Source: Octopus sinensis
Taxonomy: Eukaryota
Direction: 5' to 3'
Length of the DNA stretch: 64,000 nt
Assembly (NCBI RefSeq): GCF_006345805.1
Contig: NC_043003.1
Span: forward strand, 70,246,001-70,310,000
The notes beneath the pieces were generated by a model. That model had not been told where the DNA came from and did no database searches. It worked only from the letters and a program-made list of their open reading frames with translations. A program made the translations under genes and the position numbers. Position 1 is the first letter of the stretch. Each line of letters starts with the position of its first letter. Of this stretch, positions 24,700 to 38,600 are shown one piece after another.

Positions 24700-26300
24700 A
24701 GTTTCTTTATTCGATCATTTAAGATCAACATGAATATTTTCTAAAAGACGTTCTACTAAACTTTGATGTTCTAGCGAAACTCAGTACAACCTCGAGCATT
24801 ACTTCTGCTCATTCTCTCCATTATTCCACGGTTGAAGTCGAGGATAGACTTTCAGACATCCATTTAATTTCTCATTTGCCTAGAACCGTGGCTCAGTTAA
24901 TCTGACAATCTACATAAACGTGTTCCTCGGGAAGAATTATAATCCACCGATAATTATCGATGATCTCGCACTAAATCTCTTTAGTCAGTACAAATTCATC
25001 TCTGGTCATCAGATGCTGGGACATTCTGAAACCCTTATGGAGCGGGTGATCTTTTGAATTATACTGGTTACACTTGCAGCTGTCTGTATTAGTCCTGATA
25101 CACCTGATACGCCTCGAACAATTTAATAGGAGCCACAGTCCGACACCGATGCTAATCTACAATTAAATCCATATGTATAGGTTGAGCTGCAAACTGTGAT
25201 TTGCATTAATTATAATTCTGAGCGTCAAGGGTCTGAAAACGAGGCCATCTCCACGCGCTTTTGACTGGCTTAAATTCAGAAAAGTTTCATTGAGACAATC
25301 TGCTCCCGCTCACCATGCAGTGTATTGCGTAAAGAGGAGTATTCTTCTCGGTGTGTCTACTTAGAATCTGATAAGTGCGTGAGGGTCTGGCAGCACCACC
25401 AAAGGTAAATGCTTATCACGTAGTAGGAATTTGACCGCAGGTCAAAGGTTTCCGTTTCTGTAATCGTTGAACGATTTAGACAAATCGAGCTATTCAAACG
25501 AAATCTATAGGATAGACCATCATATTCCAGTGATCGGTTCTTTGAGCATCAGTACAATATTTTAATCCTTCTGGTAATACTTTGAAATTATTTTGCATCT
25601 TGAGCAGATTTGCAGTAAGCGTTTGAATTAGGTTTTAAAATCACAGAATCATCTCTTTCCTGTTTGTGCTGCTGTCATCTGAAACCAAAGAGCAACTGTG
25701 GCGTCTCCTTGTTTTTAGCTTTGCCACAAAACACTTTACTTTTCATAATTCAAGTATTACAAACTTATTATTTAACTTAGAAGAAATGGGTTAATAGTAC
25801 TTCTCGCCACCCCGCGTGTTCTATTTTCCCATTCAAGTACCTTCTAATTACCTTTCTAGCTTGTAATATTTCTACTATGCACACCTGTTAACTCCTACCT
25901 AATTTTCCTTTCAAGAATTTATAAATAGATAGTGGGAGTTTCTTGAAGGAACTAATTGTCTTCTTAACACACTCCAAAAACCTATTTTAATAATAGCTCC
26001 CATTGACTAATCCTGTTAAACAGTCGGTGTAAACTTTCTGGGAACTACCTAGCTTCGCGTGATTTGCTTAACTGGAACTATGCCTGTTTATCACACACTT
26101 TTCAAAAATATTTGAACTGACGTAGACACAATTCATTGCGTCGTTTAATATCGGTGTATATCTCGTGGGTGCCTTTAAAAGAAATTAGGTCTCTAGATAT
26201 TTTTTTCTCTTCCATTCAATACTCTCGGGAGCCCTGCAGGTAAGTCAAGGACGCTGCTTTGCATACACTGAATCGTATAAAAAGGTTTCAATCAATCCAG
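24700..26300 (-). mobile_element. Possible very old LINE RT relic
   Basis: Only eroded motif-like strings in RT order on the minus strand (LDLSKSFND; ..SGSRLS..; GDGLVF), with many stops. Confidence 0.3.
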
Positions 26301-27674
26301 AATAGAAAACAGTTTACGGAGAAAATACTTAGCAGTATTTCTTCCGGCTCTTTCTGAATTCAAATTCCATCGAAGTCGACTTTGCTTTCATCCTTCCTGG
26401 ATCGATGAAATAATACCAGTTGAGCACTGGAGTCGATGTAATCCACTCCTCCTTCTCCTCAAAATTGCTGGCCTTGTGACAAATTTAGAAAGAATTACTC
26501 TTGTCTGTTAATCTAAAAATAAATATTCTTTGTGTATGTGTATGCGTGTGCATGTGTGTGGGCGTGAGTGTGTCTGTGTGTGCTTGTGCTAAAGTGTGTC
26601 TGTGTGTATATATATTTGTGGCTGTCTATGTGCATGATTGTGTATGTGTGTATGTGTACCAGCTTATTCTATCATCATGGTACGTTCAAATGTATTTCTT
26701 TCGCTTGTATTCATTCGGTTATTATTGGCGTTGCTTTCAAACTGTTGCAGTCGCCGTCGTCGCTGTTACTAATGTTGGTGCTACTTCTCTTATGGTCATT
26801 TCTTCATTTATTTTATGGTGAAGGAAATTAAATATAGACTGAACCACGAAGAGTAAACGAGCCCTTTCATGAGGGAACTCTCAAAGAATCTGACAGTAGT
26901 TTTTATCGGATTAGTTTCATTGATTAATGTGGAAACATAGAATCAAAATGCCAGTTTTAGGATTGACTATTTTTCTGTACTCGGCAATCGGACAGGAAAG
27001 CAAGTTCTCAATTACTCTATGTTGTAATCTACAGTACGAACAGAAGCGTGTTATGTGTTTATGTTATTATAAATTTCCGCCTGCTGCAATCATTAACGCC
27101 GATGTCGTTCCCGTTGACGTTAATGAGGATATTGAGGATATATTGTAAACATGTTCTCGTTTATTGCGAATTAGGCCTTCTTCTCTGAAAGCTAGGGTGA
27201 AGGCTACTACAGTCGAAGGAGACGACACTCTTTAATCTACTACGTAGCCATGTGTAATATCCAGTCTTTTAACCGCCTTGTCAATAAATGTATAGCAATA
27301 AAGGTACCATAACATCCTGCTCCAAGGAAGATATTCTATGAAAATTATCTTCCCCTATCCATCTTTTGCTCTAAAATACGTTAATGTCTACAATATCACA
27401 TGTATATGACTTACCAACCGGGAAAACGTGTTCACTTGCTAAATCAAACAACATTATAGTTAGTTGGTTCACAGAATAAAAATGTGTGTGAAGTCCAGAT
27501 ACAAAAATATTTATTAATACTGTTGTTGCGACAAACGATAGAAATAAGATATTTCCACCAAGTGAATTTGTTCGTGTATGTCCGTGAGATATGTTTATGC
27601 GTCAGCAATGATAATAGATTGTAATAGTCGTCGAATTTCTTCGCCGAAATTGACTTTTGTTGTGTCACGAATGT

Positions 27675-27741
<67 letters not shown>

Positions 27742-27829
27742 TGTGTGTGTGTATGTGTGTTTGTGCAGAAGGTTGAAAAGGAACACACGAGTTGATATGT
27801 ATAAGGAAAATATAATAAAACAATAACAA

Positions 27830-29640
27830 TCAAAGAGGCTGATAAAGGGAGTGCAGTTGTTTTAATGGGCATGGTATACTGTATGACTTTAGTATTATCC
27901 ATATTAGAAGACATAACATATTATGAAAAGGTCCAACACTACAGTCAGCAGAAAATAATGAGAAACCTAAAAACTATGTTGAACCTATACAGAGAAGGGC
28001 GCACCGGTAAGGAATACGATTATATGACTAACTTCATTAGTAAATCCAGTCAATTCTACGATATTCCTAAGATGCACAAACGTGAAGAAATAAGTAACGC
28101 ATGCAGGATAGCCACAGACATAATAACTAAGGTCCCTACTCCTAATGACCTCAAATTAAGACCTGTAATAGCAGGCCCCGCATGCGAAACCCACCACCCC
28201 AGTAAACTTTTAGATACCCTCTTAAAACCATTCTTCAAGCGTATCAAAAGCTACATAAGGGATGACCTAGATATGCGCAATCACCTCCCTAAAACAATGA
28301 ACAAAAACACTCTACTAGTATCCCTCGATGCAGACAACCCTCTATTGTAATATCCCCTACAACTTATGAATAGGGACAATTCAATTCTGGTTAGAGAATT
28401 ACGCCAATGAACTCCAACATCGCATCAAAAATTTTTTTTTTAATTCATCTTTGAGAATAACTACTTTGTCTTCAAAGACAACTTCTATCGACAAAAATCG
28501 GAGAATACAATAGGTACGAGAATGGCCCCCTCCCTTGCTAATTTAGTCATGGGGTATCTAGAAATCAGCCTTTATCGTAAGGTACTAGAAAAATACGAAA
28601 AATACGGCAACCCATTCTCCCTCTACATAGCAAATAACTGAAAGAGATATCTGAATGACTGTTTCATCTTTGGCATGAAAGTATAGAGTGACTTAAAGAA
28701 TTTCAAACGCTTATAAATGGACTTGACGTAAACATTCAGTTCACGATGGAATATAGCCATCAACAACTTCCATTCTTTGATATCCTCACCGTTCAACTCA
28801 TGCCACCCCAGACACACGAGAATGAATATCCCCTTCAACAAAGCAAAAAGGATTTATACTATAGTTTCTAATACAGGCACCAGGGACACACGACTACATG
28901 AACTAAAGGATTCACTTATTACCAGGAACCACCCTTCATGAATAATTGATATAGGCTTTCAACGTGCCCAACAACTCAACAAACACGAACTCGGACATCC
29001 CAAACTCAAGAAGGATTTTCAACCAAAAGCCCTACCATACATCTCCATACACAACCTCCTTAACAATGAAGCATTCGGCACCATCCTCCAGAGCATACCT
29101 CTACTAAATAGTAACCACAGAATTAATTTAACCCTGCAAAACATACACCATCATAAAAAGCAAAAGACAACCCAAATCTATGAAAAGTCTCCTAACACAA
29201 GCCCAAGTACACTCGGCAACAACACTGAAGCCGTCAATAAAAAAAATGCAGAAGACCTAACTGTGGTATATGCGTCAACCTAATTGCAGGATTGGAGGTC
29301 TCTTCAAACAGAGTCAACATTTTACAGTGAAAAACAACTTCACGTGTGCTTCGGAACACCTAATATATTTATTAACTTGCCCAGGGTGTCGAGAGCAATA
29401 CATAGGCCAAACCAAAAGCAGTCTACGTCAAAGGATGGCTCTACATAGATCCCAGATCAAAATTCAGGAATACAGAAAAATAGCATTCAGCGAACATATC
29501 GACATTTGAACCACTAACGAACAACCCAGCTTCAGAATTTTCCCTTCTATAAATTCAGAGACGATGCAAACTGTAGTCAGCACGTTAACAAAGAGTTATA
29601 TTTTATCACAAAATATAAACCCCTTTTAAAAGCGTCCACC
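27830..29640 (+). mobile_element. Penelope-like element, degraded RT and GIY-YIG
   Basis: KEADKG, FYDIPKMHK...LRPVIAGP, LLVSLD, NYFVFKDNFYRQ...IGTRMAPSLANLVMGYLE, RYLNDCF, LPFFDIL, LIYLLTCPGCREQYIGQT...RQRMALHRSQI. Confidence 0.92.
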
Positions 29641-31307
29641 ACAAATTACACTATTACAAGGTCCTTAGAGTAATACCCACGTAAATATTAAAAACGATAC
29701 ATTCAGATCAGTCACTACCCATGAATTTATTCAGAACAATTCCAATCACTACTATTATAACCACAACAGGTCACTTTTAGGTCACTTGACCATTTAAGAG
29801 GATTCTGCCAGCATCCTACTACTGTTGAAAAAGAATAGGCGCCAGAAACAAAATCGTTAATGACATTCCACAATGTTCTTTTTCAACGGGGTTTCTAACA
29901 AGTCTATTGGGTATATTGTGTTTTCACTTGCTTTCACGTCAGAACACGGTGATTTGGGTTCAATTCCTTGGCATTAAGAGTTTGAAACTGCCAATAATCC
30001 CGTTATAAATCAAATAACATCGAACCAACAAAAAGCCTTTTGTTATGCTAGAAATAGTTGTTATATTTCTCTAAAAATTCACACCTACCTTCATAGAAAT
30101 AAGGGAGAGACACATTCAACGGAATGATCACAGTTGGGTAAACTTTGATCATAGGTTTGCTGGATGAAGGCCTATATGGGTTACAACGAAAACAAAAAAT
30201 ATCCTCCATTGATAGTGAAAGGAGAAGGATAGATGAAATTGAAACACGACTTTTATTCTCGTTTATCTTTTACTTATTTTAGTCATTGGACTGCGGCCAT
30301 ACTGGAGCACCACTTTGAAGATTTTAGTTGAACAAATCGCTCCCAGCACTTGTTTTTGAAAGCCAGACACTTATTCCGTCGGTTTCTGTTGCGAAATTGC
30401 TAAGTTACAGGGGCGTAAACAAATAAATACCGGTTGTTAAGCAGTTGTGGGGGACAAACACAATCACAAAGACACACATGTGCATATATGTGCGTGTGTG
30501 TGTGTGTGTGTGCGTGTGTGCGTGCGTGTGTGCGTGCGTATGCGTGTGAGCGTGCATGTGCATGTATGCTTGCATGTGCGTGTGCGTGTGTGTACAATGT
30601 GTTTCCACACGGTTTCCTTGTACCTCAATCTCTTGCAAGGCATTGATCGACCCGGGGCTATACTAGAAGACACGTGCTCGAGACGGCTGTGTAGTGAGAC
30701 TGAACCCAAGACCATGTAGTTGCAAAGCGCGCTTCTTAATCGTTCGTTAGATTGCGGCCAAATTGGAACACCACCTTCAAGGAGTTTTACTACGTCAAGA
30801 AAAAACACTCGGTTTATATTTCAGCTTCGTAATATCCTCTTTACAATTTTGTTTGGCTGGGATGACCAGTGCTTACAGCGAAGACTGATAGAATGAGGTT
30901 ATCCAGTTATCCTCAAGCTGGACACTCGGTCCGAATCGTAGTAATAGAGTGAAGTGCTCTAAAGATCTGCAAATGCCAAGTTAAACCGGGCGATATATTA
31001 AGTGTTTAGTCTTTATTTTATCGATTGACTAAATTACAATTTTGACACAAAGCCAGTTTTGTTATGACTGGCGTTTTTGTGTCAAACACATAAAGACAAA
31101 TACGACAAATGCACACACACAGATACACAGCCGCACTGATTTTGTTACAAATTAAGCCAGGATTTATTAAGAAACCAACAGAAATGTCATAATAGATACT
31201 TTCTCGGTGTAAATCTCCACATCAAAATTTAAGATGCATAAAGTGGCAATGATAATAACAGGAATAACAATTATTATGCGAGTTCGTGTCCAGCGAAAAT
31301 ATATAGG

Positions 31308-31770
31308 ATTGGCTGTGTGGTAAGTAGCTTGTTTACAAACCACATGTTTCCGGGTTCAGTCCCACTGCGTGGCACCTTGGGCAAGTGTCTTATCTTATAG
31401 CCTCAGGCCAACTAAAGCCTTGTGAGTGGATTTGGTAGACGGAAACTGAAAGAAGCCCGTCGTATATATATATATATTATATATATATATATATATAATA
31501 TATATATATATATGTCTGTGTGTGTGTGTGTGTGTATGTGTATGTGCATGTATATGTTTGTGTCGGTGTTTGTCCCCCACCCAACATCGCTTGACAACCG
31601 ATACTGGTGTGTTTACGTCCCCGTAACTTAGCGGTTCGGTAAAAGAGACTGATAGAATAAGTACTACGCTTACAAAGAATAAGTCCTGGGGGCGATTTGC
31701 TCGACTAAAGGCGGTGATCCAGCGTAGCCACAGTCAAATTACTGTAACAAGTAAAAGAGTAAAAGAGTAA
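31308..31770 (+). mobile_element. Full-length SINE family B copy with internal (TA)n(TG)n
   Basis: Head ggctgtgtggtaagtagcttg...gggttcagtccc; tail ...cagtcaaattactgtaacaagtaaaagag. Confidence 0.88.
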
Positions 31771-31844
31771 AGAGAATATGTAACAATTTATTTTAGTTTA
31801 AATTTCTTTTAATAAGTATCTATTCTTATTATACATGCATATAA

Positions 31845-32240
31845 AGGCGGCGGGCTGGCAGACTCGTTAGCACGCCGGGCGAAATGCTTAGCGGGATTTC
31901 GTCTACCGCTACGATCTGAGTTCATATTCCGCCGAAGTCGAGTTTGCCTTTCATCCTTTCGGGGTCGATAAATTCAGTACCAGTTACGCATTGGGGTCGA
32001 TGTAATCGACTTAATCCGTTTGTCTGTCCTTGTTTGTCCTCTCTGTGTTTAGCCTTTGTGGGTAGTAAAGAAATAGGTATTTCGTCTGCCGCTACGTTCT
32101 GAGTTCAAATTCCGCCGAAGTTGATTTTGCCTTTCATCTTTCGGGGTAGATAAATTATATACCAGTTGCGTACCAGGATCGATCTTATCGACTGGCCCCC
32201 TCCCCCAAAATTTCAGGCCTTGTGCCTAGAGTAGAAAGGA
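31845..32240 (+). mobile_element. Dimeric SINE family A copy
   Basis: Junction gtagtaaagaaata|ggtatttcgtctgccgctacg at about 32065. Confidence 0.88.
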
Positions 32241-33329
32241 TTATACATAGATATATTTATTTATTTATTTATTACTGGCACTCCGTCGGTTGCAACGATG
32301 AATGTTCCACTTGATCCGATCAACGGAACAGCCTGCTCACGAAATTAATGTGCAAGGAGCTGAGCACTCCACAGAGATGGGTACTCTTAAAGTAGTTGAC
32401 AGAGAGATTCAGCGTGACACAGAATAGGACAAAGATAGTCCTTTGAATTACGTGTGCAACTTATTTTTGCCAGGTGAGTGGACAGGAGCGATGGGAAATA
32501 AGGATACAGCGCGCCCTTTGAAATCGATATCACGACCATACGATCGTGATATCGAGTTCAAATTCCGCCGAGGTCGACGGAAATTATACCGACCAATCCG
32601 TAACTATGTGCCGTGTGATTGAACTCTAAACCTTATGGTTCCGAAGTGAAATTCTTCCCCTTAAAACCATTGCATACCTCGATAGTATTTTCATTTTTAT
32701 CGATCCTGGAAGAATGTAAAGCAACATTGCCTCCGTTTAGGATTTAATCACAAAGAAACGACGCAAGATAATGGTGCGAATTTTACTCAAACATTGTAGA
32801 AATAACGTAAGGAATTATGATTTTGACTTTGGCAATCTTCGTCCAAGTTGAGAGGTGGAGGGAGGGCACCTGAACACCCAACACAATCACAAACAAAACA
32901 TGTCGAAAGTGTGAAGGAGTTCCTTGTGGATGAATGACTGTTTACTGTAATTGTATCAGCTTTCAATTGTTAACGGTCTCTTGCCATTGGATTCATATAT
33001 TTATCCAATTAATTATGCTACACTTCCCGGTTGATGTAGAGCAGAACAGCTAGATCTTTGTTGTTGTTGTGTGTGTGTGTGTGTGCGTGTGTGTGTGTGT
33101 GCGTGTGTGTGTGTGCATGTGTGTGTGTGTGTGGCCGGCCAATGTAAGCCACGATGCGTAACCAGTGGTTTTCGAACTAAGTAACTAGTGCTGAATTTCA
33201 AGCTCAACACAAGAGACTTACCTTATCTTTCGCCACAAGAAATATAAAAAACGAGTGGAATCTGGTGACCGATGCTGCTGCTGTTTACAAAATTGTGATA
33301 TGAAATAAAAGTTCATGAGTAATCCACGA

Positions 33330-33720
33330 GTAGGCGGTAAGCTGGCACAATGGACAAAATGCTTATCGGTATTTCGTCTGGCAGAATCGTTAGCACGCCG
33401 GGCGAAATGCTTAACAGTATTTCGTCTGCCGCTACGTTCTGAGTTCAAATTCCGCCGAGGTCGACTTTGCCTTTCATCCTTTCGGGGTCGATTAAATAAG
33501 TAACAGTTACGCACTGTGGTCGATGTAATCGACTTAATCCGTTTGTCTGTCCTTGTTTGTCCTCTCTGTGTTTAGCCCCTTGTGGTATTTCGTCTGTCTT
33601 TATGTTCTGAGTTCATATTCTACCGAGGTCGATTTCGCCTGTTATCCCTTTCGGGGTCGATGAAACAAGTAGCAGTTGAGTACTGAGGTCGATGTAATCG
33701 ACTTATCCTCTAAATTACTA
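33330..33720 (+). mobile_element. SINE family A composite
   Basis: Duplicated head (gcttatcggtatttcgtctg) followed by two bodies. Confidence 0.82.
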
Positions 33721-35390
33721 GCCATGTGCCATAATTTAAAAGCAATTAACAAGCCACGAAGGTTTCGAATTTGCCAGTGCTGTTTTGTGCTCACCTACTA
33801 AAACCGAGTTCTGCTTAGTGGCGACATCTTCAAAATTTATTTACAATTTATATAATTTAGAGACAACATTCATTCTAAGATTCTTTTGAAGTGTTTGAAC
33901 CATGGTAAAACATGTATAAATAAATCAAAACCAACTCGAAGAGGACTGAAGAATTAACGTAACTGATACAATTAATTTGATTGATGCACAAAGGAACACG
34001 ATCCCAATTTCGTTGTTTTGATTCCCGAAGCGGGCGATACGCTGTGTTCTTGAGCAAAACACTTCATCTCACATTGCTCCGGTCCACTCCAGTGTGAATG
34101 AATTACCCTGGAATGAACTGGTGTCCTGTTCTGAGGAGATGTAATTTTGGCCCCTTCTTCGCCATGGAATCCAGATAAACGGCCCTGAGAGAGCACAATT
34201 GTAGAGTAAGGAAATTCTGTGACATTCAGTGGTCATCTATGTATAACACTCCGTGATCATATTTAAAAAGATTGTTTTTATACACAAAATGAACGTTAAT
34301 TCAGTAACCAATGCAAAACGAAAAATAGATCTTATCATTTCAAGAAGAAATGTACACATTTTAAACAAGTGAACCCGTAATCTTAAGGTTGCACTCGATT
34401 ACATCAGAAATGTTTAAATAACTTAGTTTTCGCAGCCAAAATAACAAGTTGAAACATAAATGTATATTTGTAAAACTATTTTCTCGTTTATGCAACTGAA
34501 GGGAAAATAAAGGAATGAAAAACGTGCTAAACTCACTTAATATGCTTTTTAAATATTATGTAAATTGCTGTGCTGGAAACGACAGGCAGTTTAGAGAAAG
34601 GTTGTTGTTAACATTCTCAATAAAGAATCATGTAATAATAAAGAATCATGTTGTTAACATTCTTAACAAAATAAATGATATTCCTTGTTTTAAGAATTTG
34701 TTTTTCCTCTTTACTTATAATTCGATTCACGTTTAGATTTAATTCTTTTTTTTTTTTTTCATGAGCCCTAGGACTCATAAGACCGGTTATTCAGTTTCAG
34801 TGGCGTATAAGTGACTGGGATCATAACATTTCCCGAAGAGACACTAGCCCGTTGCAGGTTTTTATGACCAGCAATTTTTGAAGGGGGGGATCAGGTCAAT
34901 TATATCGACCCCAGTACTTGACTGGTACTTTATTTTATCTCTCCCACCACTACAACCACTGGCGCTGCCGCCTCCTCCGAATCCACAAAAGGGAGAGACA
35001 ATTGAACTTAACCTTTTAGAACAAAAATGGTTGTAAAGTGAATGAAAAAAAGATTTGTTCGTTTAATGGCGCTTCAGTTCAAATCTGCTTCAATTTGTCT
35101 CGTTAGGTTTGCAAGTGAGATTCATATTACTCATGCTTTTGTAACATGTATTAATCAGAAGTAGCCAGCGAGAGACGGGTGTTGTGTTTAAAGTCTAGAT
35201 TGTCTGTTGTTAATATAATGTCGTTTATTAAGTTTTGTAAATCCCTGAAGCTCATAGACATATTTATCAATATCAGATGTATGACGCTTATAAAGCGAAT
35301 TTCAATAAAGGTATATGTGAAAATATTCAATAGAGCAAATCAATTATTGTTCAACATTTTATCCTAACTCATAGAATAAATGGTATATAA

Positions 35391-35791
35391 TATACTAGCA
35401 GTATCGCCCGGCGTTGCTCGGGTTTGTAAGGGAAATAACTATGTAAGCATTTTTAGAGATGTAAAGTATAATAGCCATCTCAATATGGCTAACCACAAAG
35501 GGGGGGGGTGTTACTGTAGCTTTTTACGTTCTGAGATTTAATAATAAATTTTTAGAGAGTTACTTCCCTTATATATGCCAAAAATGCATTAAAATGGGAA
35601 AAATTGATGGTAATTTTTTTTTAAATCGTAGACTCATCGTAGACGCGCGCTAATACCCAGAAGGGCTCGATATGAATCACGACTATAAGATACCCGGTTT
35701 TGGTTAAACTGCACCGCAAAATGTGGGAGTAGTTAGGAATCTAAATCGTAGGAGACAGACAGCACACAACCTCACTTTTATATATAAAGAT
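35391..35791 (+). mobile_element. Non-autonomous Helitron/Helentron-like element
   Basis: Starts tatactagcagtatcgcccggcgttgctcggg and ends acacaacctcacttttatatataaagat; this end pattern recalls Lep1/DINE-type elements (inference). Confidence 0.55.
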
Positions 35792-37966
35792 AACTTTTTT
35801 ATAGGACATCGCATCTCATATTTTCTTTATAGAGAATAAATAATGCCTTCCGACACAATCATAAAAAATGCACCTTTTGAAGGAGTCAATTGTTTCATTA
35901 CGCAATATAAAGCGGTATAGAGACGGTGAAATAAAGTACTAAAAGCCTGCTTTTAAATACAGAATGTTTGATCATTAAGTCTGTCACTCTACTGATTCCG
36001 TTATTAAAAAAGCTTCTCTTGATAAATGAAAGATATTGTTATACTGTTTCAACGTGAGATGAATTTTCATCAAACGATATTAATTAAAAGCATTAGATTG
36101 AAACCCATTCAGTTAAATATCAATTAAAACAGTAGCTTACTGATTTATTTGATAACAATGTTATTGTATTCTTTTAACTATAACTATATATATGTATGTA
36201 TCTGCTGCGGTTAGAAATGATTACAGACAATGTTATCTGCGATTTTTATGGTCTATCTCAGCAAGAGAAAAACAAAATTTACATAAATATTTTTCCAGAA
36301 ATGAAAGGGTATGAATGTTGAATTTGGGAAGCACTGGGACTGTAAATGTGTGTACCAAAGTGTTTAAAGTAGCACTAGAGTTTTGCTCTATTATTAACCC
36401 TAGTTTACAAATGATGGCCCTATGTCAAGCAGTTAAAGTTTTCGCAGGTAATTAGATTTACTTTGTGTGCTGATTTCTAACAAACGAACAGAGAAAACAT
36501 GTAAGTCATTATTTTTACTTTTGAGGCAGGAGTAAAGGAAAAGAGTTTGTGTTGAAAAAAGACCTATTTTTAAAAAGAGGAAATACGGTATTATGTCAGC
36601 CATAACATCTAATGATCATTAATAGATGGTTTTCTTTAATTTCAATTGGGAATGAACCTGTGTTATTATATAGATTGGCCTGGTGAGCACCTCTTACCAT
36701 ATTAAAAACAATAGATATCAAAAGAATTATTTGATGAGCGTCAACAGTTTTGGTTACCATCGAGAAAATGGAGTTTGGGTGAGCCTTACAGATCGAAGCT
36801 CCAGAAGTGGCTGAAGAAGTTGTCTCATACTCGAATTCAGAAACTGACAAGAATAAAGCTCCAATTCCTGTTGTAGGACACCATTCTCTTTCGAGACTAG
36901 AGTGCGAATGGAGGCTATAGAAAAATAACGAAGGGTTGCAAGAGAAAAAAATAGAAAGACAGGTGAGCCGAACAAGAATATGCTTACGGCTCCAAAAATA
37001 AACCCCAAGAAGACTTGCAGATATGACAGTGAAGCAAAATGACAGAAAAGCTAACAGAGTTACACTTTGAGAAACGCAAGTACAGTGTTGGAAATACTAA
37101 CTTAAATGATCAAAGAGTAACAGAAACACCACCAAAAATAACAACTACAACTACAACTACAACTATTAAATAGTACCTTTTGTACATGTCGCAGATCATA
37201 GTTTTATACTGAATACGAGCCAGCTCCAGGACAAGGATACGATTGTGGAAGACGCACGTTACAAGAGAGAGCGGATCTTTACTCGAAAATTTTATTCAAG
37301 AAAAGGCAAAGAGAAAAATGACAAACTTCTATTTTGCATGTAACGGGGGATGTTTACATATCTCCATGAAAAAGAAGTCGAAATGATGCTTCAGCCATAT
37401 GTGAGTAGATGTGTAGTGCAAGTAACAATCTGAAAGAAGCAACTGAGTCAAGACTGAATATTTGTGTTACTGGTATACTCCATCTGACAATGTTCTAAGG
37501 AAGGGTTTCACCAAAGGCGATGGTAAAGATACTTGCTCAAGATGCTACGCTATGGCATTGAACCGGGATCGCATAGTTCTGAAGCAAACTTCTGAAACAT
37601 TTCGCCAAGCCTATCTATTAACATACAGACAACACACACTCACACATGCACACACACATACACACATACATACAGGTAGAGAGATACATAAATAGACAGA
37701 TATAAGTATATACATGTGTGTGAGTGTATATATAGATGTATATATATATGTGTGTGTGTATGTATGATATTTATATATGTATGTACACTTACATACAAGC
37801 ATTATGCTCACATACACACGCACACACACTCACATATATAAAAATATATTTCTCTATATGAATATATACATTTATACACATGCATTTCTTTATGTGTACC
37901 GCGCACGTAGGGTGTGTGTGTGTGTACGTGTGTGAGTGTATGTGTATGTACGTGCGTGTGTGTGTT

Positions 37967-38079
<113 letters not shown>

Positions 38080-38492
38080 ATATACATGCTACCATTAAAC
38101 ATGTGAGTCTCAGTTAGTTTGAAAACTATAAGTTTTGAAAGATGCAATTTCGTATTGTTTGAACTTGTATTTTTTTCTGAAGCTTTCGGTCTTCGAGATG
38201 CTACATTAGTGGCACTGAAGACAGATGCAGCCTTAGGAGAGAATAACTTTGAAAACTTTATGCTTTGTTATACCCTTGTGATTGCGTTTAGTTTAAGTGT
38301 TCTTATCTCTTCTTCTTATTTTTACAACAAGAAGTGAATGCGTTCCAAAAAGAATTTTATCCTATTGTCCATGAGAAAAAATGCTAGTTTTCGAAAATAT
38401 AAAGCAATGATCTCGAATGTTTGCCTTCGACGCTTGTTTTGAAAATACTAGGTGCATTGTAATTGAACATTGCTAAACTCACTGGATACTGA

Positions 38493-38557
<65 letters not shown>

Positions 38558-38563
38558 CCCCCT

Positions 38564-38600
<37 letters not shown>

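Noticed and set aside
26236-26246. Perfect donor-like CAG|GTAAGT
   Set aside because: No matching acceptor with an open exon upstream; such a motif is expected by chance.
36596-37008. Two overlapping minus-strand ORFs with hydrophobic stretches
   Set aside because: No recognisable family and no convincing splice or start context, so no CDS is called.
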